DNA of 63,441 nt, filler included, from Octopus bimaculoides (Eukaryota), in the NCBI RefSeq assembly GCF_001194135.2. It is 4 parts of 3 records of this genome, joined end to end, with 100 filler letters (N's around TTAATTAATTAA, not from the genome) between each part and the next. Parts side by side here need not be neighbours in the genome. Positions count along the whole stretch, not along the records: positions 54,436 to 63,441 come from NC_068992.1; 3 more parts are not named here. One strand, given 5' to 3'. Position 1 is the stretch's first letter; every line of letters starts with the position of its first letter. Below are positions 58,801 through 63,441 of this stretch, one piece after another. A program made the position numbers and the translations under genes. The notes beneath the pieces are model-generated. The model searched no databases. It had not been told where the DNA came from and saw only the letters and a list, made by a program, of their open reading frames with translations.

Positions 58801-61800
58801 CCTTCACATTCCCCAGACTTGACTATCCTGGAGTTTTACTTGTGGGGAGACCCTGGTGCAACTGAAGGAGAACATCAATAGAGAAATCAAAGAAGTGAGG
58901 TCTGGAACTCTTGAGGGTGTTATGGTGGAAGTTTCGGAAACAGCACGGGCATGCAAAGCTAAAAAATGGCTGCCATTTAAGCGATGTTATTTTTTATATG
59001 TGATGTAGTGGTGTTGCAAAATGTGACTTATGCATATTAATTTTCATTATGTCCTTTATATTGTATCAAAATTTCATGCATTTATTTGTAAATTTAAGGA
59101 ACTTATTAAAAATTGACTTTTTGGACACCCTGTATATATCATCATCAATTAATGTCTGTTGTCCATGCTGGCATGGATTGGATAGTTTGACCAGGGCTGG
59201 CATGCTGGGGAACTGTACCAGACTCCCGTCTGATTTGGCATGGCTTCTACAGCTGGATGCCCTTCCTAACACCAACTACTTTACAGAGTATGCTGGGTGG
59301 TCTTATGTGGCATCGTACAGGCACTTTTATGTGACACCACAGGAGTGCCCTTATGTGGCACCACACGGGTGCTTTAATGTGACACTACATGGGTGCTTTT
59401 ACATGGTACTCCAACCCATGCCATCATGGACAACGAACTTACTTTAAATGATAATATCAACTAAAAATGTTCTATTTTAATTTATTTTATTGAGTTATGT
59501 ATGTATATTTGTTGTGCAAAAGCTAGTATATATAGGTTTTAAACATGCAAGTGCATTTTACATATATTAATTTGTATTAATTTATATATATACATGCACA
59601 GATATTACTAGGAGCATGTAGAAGCAGTTGTCTCTATCATCATCATTATTTAACGTCCACTTTCCATGCTGGCATGGGTTGGATGGTTTGACTGAGGGCT
59701 GGTGAGCCAGAAGGTTGTACCAGGCTCCAATCTGATCTGGCAATGTTTCTACAGCTGGATGCCCCTCCTAACGCCAACCACTCTGAGAGTGTAGTGGGTG
59801 CTTTTTAAGTGCCACCAGCACAAGGGTCAGTCAGGCAGTTCTGGCAATGACCACACTCAAAAGGTGTTTTTTACGTGCTACCTGCACGGGAGCCATTCTG
59901 GCAATGACCATGCTCAAATGTTGTTTTTCAAGTGCCACCGGCACATGAGCTGGTAAGGCAGTGCTGTCAATGATCATTCTCGAATGGTGCTTTTTGTCCC
60001 ACTGGCATGGGAGCCAATCTGTGGCCCTGGCAACGATCACACTTAGATATGCTTTTAACATTCCACTGACATTCATTTCACTTGCCTCAATAGGTCTTCG
60101 CAAGCAACGTGTATTATCCAATGAATGAGGGGTATCCATAAGTGGGCTGGTTATGCATATGTGTACATGTGTTATGTATGTATATTATATTATGTGTGTG
60201 TGCATATATATACATTTGTGTGTGTGTCCAGATTCTTAAATTCCAACGTCTTAGAGTAAAATATATCAGGGGAACAAAAATTTGGTTATGAGAAATATAT
60301 AGTGCAAGCAAGTAACAGACAAAAGATGGACCTGTAATTATATATGGCATTCAATCAATCAGTATGTATGCTTGCTTGTGCAATGCAAATTACATACCAT
60401 TTGAAGTTTCGAAACAGCTGTAAAGAACTATCAAGTACTATTTTTTTCTGCATGAAATATGTTCATGTAATATCATCATCATCATCATCCTTTAACATCC
60501 ATTTTCCATGCTGGCATGGGTTGGATCACTTGGCAGGAGGACTGGCTAGCTAGAGAGTTGCCAACTAGATGCCTTTTAGGTGACACCAGCACAGCTGCTT
60601 TTTACATCTCACCAGTACAAATGTATTTTATGTAGCACCAGCACTAATGGGGGTTACCAAGTGTCTTGTTTTAGCAATGGTCTCAATGGTTGGATGCCTT
60701 TCCTAATGCCAGCTACTTTACAGAGTGTACTGGGTGCCTCTTACACAACTCCAGGATGGGTGCATTCATGTGACACTGGTATGGGTGTTTCTTACGTGGC
60801 ACCAGCATCCACAAACCCACAAGATTAGGAACACTCAGCTGGAAAGGGATGCAGGGGATATGCTTGTATGCAAGGACAACTACGCTTTTACTTGGCTTGA
60901 AGTGTCTTCTCAAGCATAGTAAACTGCCAGGAGTCTTCGTCTCTTGTCATCTCCTCTGCTAGGCCCAACATGCAAAGATCTTCCAAGGTCTACCCCTTCC
61001 ATTATGTTCCTTCCACAATTACAGTTTGGCAATGATTTAATCACATATTAATTGCTTCTTTATCTTTTTGCCATGATGTAACCAAATGTTGATGATTCTT
61101 CTTTATTTTTTCTTCTTTCTCTTTGGACTTCCCTGTTTCTGATGAAGAGCTATGCTCGAAACATTAACAACAAATCTCTCCCTTTACCGAGCGTCAAATT
61201 AACATATTTCTTGTGTACGTCCTCACACTCTTTTTTTCCTATTTTTTGTTTGTTTATTTGATGTATGTATGTATGTACATACACATGTATATCACTATCA
61301 ACATGATTTAAAATGTTTTTCTATGCTGGCAATGGTTAGATGGTTTGACCAGAGCTGGGAAGCCAGAGAACTGCTCCAGGCCTCAATTGTCTGTTCTAGC
61401 ATGGAAGGGCATCCAGCTGTAGAACTGGATGCATTTTATGTGGCACCAGCACTAGTGGGGTTGCCAAGTAGCTTGCAAGACAGAAACCTTGCAACTGAGA
61501 GAGGGAGTAGAACTGAGGGGAACAGCTGTGTGCCAAGTGAGAGATTAGAGTATAATAGAGGTGACAGAGAATGATGCCTTACTATAGACAAGGAAGGTGG
61601 GAGAAAGCGAGAATTAGATGGTGTTGGCGATGTATTGGGGGCCTACCCCTAGACAACAGTGGTATGGGGAAGTATGAGTAGTATAGAGGGGATATGTTTA
61701 GAGATGGGGAAGACATGACTGTAACAAGTGATGGTGAGAGAAAATAGCTGGGAGGAGGGTAAGGAAGATATGTGAGGGCATGGAGAATGTGTGGATAGGC

Positions 61801-62571
61801 ACATGAGAGAGGCTGGAGGGGCCTGCAGATGGCTGGGAAGTTGGGGGAGTTTTGACAGAGGTCAGATGTGTGTGTGTGTGTGTGTGTGTGTTGGGGGGGG
61901 GGCATGGCTGTAATAAACATGCTTGCATGTGTGGATGGCCACAGTTTTACTTAGCTTGACATGTCTTCTCAAGCGCAGCAAATTGTCAGAAGTCTCGGTG
62001 ACTTGTCTTCTCTGTGAAGCTCAACACCTAAAGATCATTTCTCACCACATCCTCCCACATCTTTCTGGGTCTGACCCTTCCAAAGGTTCCCTCCACATTT
62101 ATAGATCAGCACTTTTTTATGCAGCTGCTTCACATGACCATACCAGCACAGTCTTCTCTCATGCACACTACATCTGATGTCTCATATGTGTATGTGTTTG
62201 TGTGTGTAGTAACAGTTATGTAATCATGTGTGTGTAATGTAATCACGTAATTTCAAAATGTTACACTGCTCTAATTAAAAGTATTTAAAGGCTGAAGTTA
62301 TTATATTAGAAGCCATTATTGAGATAGAACCCCCCCAAAAATCCCTCACCTTCAAGAATAGTTTTCTCAGCATGAAGAATCCAAAGAATATCTTGAACTG
62401 GCAGCTGAGAAATATTTGAGTCTGATACTGAAGTCATAATCTCTTCTTCATATTCCATTTTCCAAAATCTGGAGATAAATAAATAAAGAAAAAAATAAGT
62501 TCTTTTCCTTATGTTTACCTGACAAAATTGCTTTGCATTTGAAAAGGGACCAATGTGCCAAACCCCAACAT
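55746..62571 (-). CDS. ZMYND15: ZMYND15-like MYND zinc-finger protein, 5' exons only (62571-62519, 62468-62350, 58248-58050, 57995-57976, 55837-55746)
   Basis: Phase-consistent GT-AG exons give ...ISQLPVQDILWILHAE...LILCVQDERG...EAMLHPLKGKSRKPRCLTC...SLTATSCFK. This resembles recalled human ZMYND15 segments IRRLPQDPALWVLHV, LLLVTDEHG, SMACPM..DPRKPRQLT and SLRARTCHVC. Needs BLASTP confirmation. Confidence 0.72.
55884..57911 (-). mobile_element. 5'-truncated, frameshifted RTE-clade LINE in a ZMYND15-like intron
   Basis: RT motifs QFGFVPGKSTTDAIF, LAFVDMEKAFDRVPR, VGVHQGSVLS, LYADN (YADD decayed); C-terminal GRPRKTW; 3' UTR ending in a (GAT)n tail. Confidence 0.93.
57976..57995 (-). CDS. ZMYND15: Putative 20-nt microexon (RIGSTP) bridging phase 2 to phase 1
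   Basis: gtttgtttgtcatag|GAGAATAGGATCTACTCCCA|gtaaac; the only non-repeat candidate I found that reconciles the flanking exon phases. Confidence 0.45.
58050..58248 (-). CDS. ZMYND15: ZMYND15-like exon (DSEEETALILCVQDERG...RKPRCLTCNTPDLF)
   Basis: atctttcag| acceptor, CA|gtaagt donor, phase 1 to 2; lies within ORF 58046..58267. Confidence 0.82.
58291..59132. mobile_element. Fold-back Tc1/mariner (rosa/maT-like) derivative with ~290-bp inverted arms
   Basis: TIRs TAGGGTGTCCCAAAAGTCA / TGACTTTTTGGACACCCTG flanked by TA; both arms carry the transposase C-terminus (PDFFLWEYLKERVYVNKPETLVQLKENI...ENGCHL). Confidence 0.85.
61135..61199 (+). ncRNA. Hammerhead ribozyme-like motif (probable Penelope-type repeat relic)
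   Basis: gttt-CTGATGA(61139-61145)-A-GAGC tat GCTC-GAAAC...AGC-GTC-aaat; perfect stem II; weak stems I and III. Confidence 0.5.
62350..62468 (-). CDS. ZMYND15: ZMYND15-like exon (FWKMEYEEEIM...ISQLPVQDILWILHAEKTILE)
   Basis: Strong tttatttatctccag| acceptor, G|gtgagg donor, open frame, phase 2 to 1. Confidence 0.78.
62519..62571 (-). CDS. ZMYND15: ZMYND15-like putative first coding segment (MLGFGTLVPFQMQSNFV)
   Basis: First in-frame ATG after upstream in-frame stops; donor AG|gtaaac is phase 2 and joins the next exon, but implies a 50-nt intron. Confidence 0.5.
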
Positions 62572-62757
62572 AAAATCTGTTACTCTATCAAGAAATTCAG
62601 AGTTCAAATTCCATCCTTGCTGTCGTCCAATGTGTTCAAGTATTGTCCTCCAGCACCCACATCCAGATTAACTCTTATTTAATTATTTTAAAGCAGTGAT
62701 AATGCAGTGGTGTGAAATCATATTTTGCTAAAGAGATTTCTCAGAATAGATAAGTGC

Positions 62758-63135
62758 AGGCGTGGCTGTGTGGTTAGAACTTTGCTTCCAAATTACATGG
62801 TTCTGGGTTCAGTTTCACTGCATGGCACCTAATCAAGTGCTTTCTTCTTTAGCTCAGGGTTGACCAAAGCATTGTGAGTGAACATAGAAGACAGAAACTA
62901 TAAGCCTGTTGTATGTATGTAGGTAGGTACGTATGCATGCATGCGTGTCATTGCGTCCATGTTTTCCCCACCACCACCACTTAACAGCCGGTGCTGGTTT
63001 TTTTACACCCCCATAACCTAGCGTTTTGGCAAAAGAGACCAAAAGAATAAGTACGAAACTTCAAAATAGGTACTGGGGTCGATTTGTTCGATTGACAGTG
63101 TTCCAGCATGGCTGCAGTCCAATGACTGAAGCAAG
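62758..63135 (+). mobile_element. Abundant tRNA/CORE-like SINE (other copies ~950, 7300, 9720, 11420, 15200, 15740, 16300, 21860, 31880, 38690, 39110, 40745, 54050, 54440)
   Basis: ggcgtggctgtgtgg...ggttcagt...gcaccttgggcaagtg (CORE-like) ...gacggaaactgaaagaagccc, central TA/TG microsatellite, 3' half ending gcagtcaaatgactgaaac. Confidence 0.85.
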
Positions 63136-63441
63136 TAGAAGATATAAGTTATGGATATATATATATATATATATATATGTGATCTCTGTGTAACAGAATT
63201 TCTTTTTATCGTATTTTCAAAGAATAGTCTGGTTAATAATTTCATAGAACATTCTTACAAATGCAAACATTGGCAAAAACATACATATTCTGCATTCAAA
63301 TAAAAATAAAGGTTTTTATAAAACGCTATCATATTTACCCGTAATAAGTAAATACTTAAAATAGTTCTAATAAAACATATTAGTTTTTCCCTCAAAGGTT
63401 AGAAGATTAAAATTACTTACGATTCTAATTATTTATCTATA

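Overview
AT-rich, microsatellite-dense animal genomic DNA with many N gaps. The repeat content (tRNA-derived SINEs, RTE LINEs with GAT tails, Tc1/mariner relics, TA/CA/GAT microsatellites) suggests a coleoid cephalopod, probably Octopus (inference). Two spliced genes can be reconstructed by hand. (1) SCAP (SREBP cleavage-activating protein), + strand, has 17 phase-consistent GT-AG coding exons from 20757 to 39947 (about 962 codons: TM1, loop 1, sterol-sensing domain, loop 7, TM8, start of the WD40 region); I found no 3' exons. (2) A ZMYND15-like gene, - strand, has 5 exons from 62571 down to 55746 and breaks off at the first CxxC of the MYND finger. Both genes point towards 100-bp assembly joins carrying a TTAATTAATTAA linker. 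Most listed ORFs are microsatellite, N-gap or transposon artefacts. The most interesting non-genic signal is three distinct type-I hammerhead ribozyme motifs. One lies in an ORF-less element with ~360-bp tandem units plus an inverted arm (Penelope pseudo-LTR or retrozyme-like). There are also two fold-back elements built from duplicated transposase 3' ends in or near ZMYND15 introns. Homology calls rest on recalled vertebrate sequences; no searches were run.
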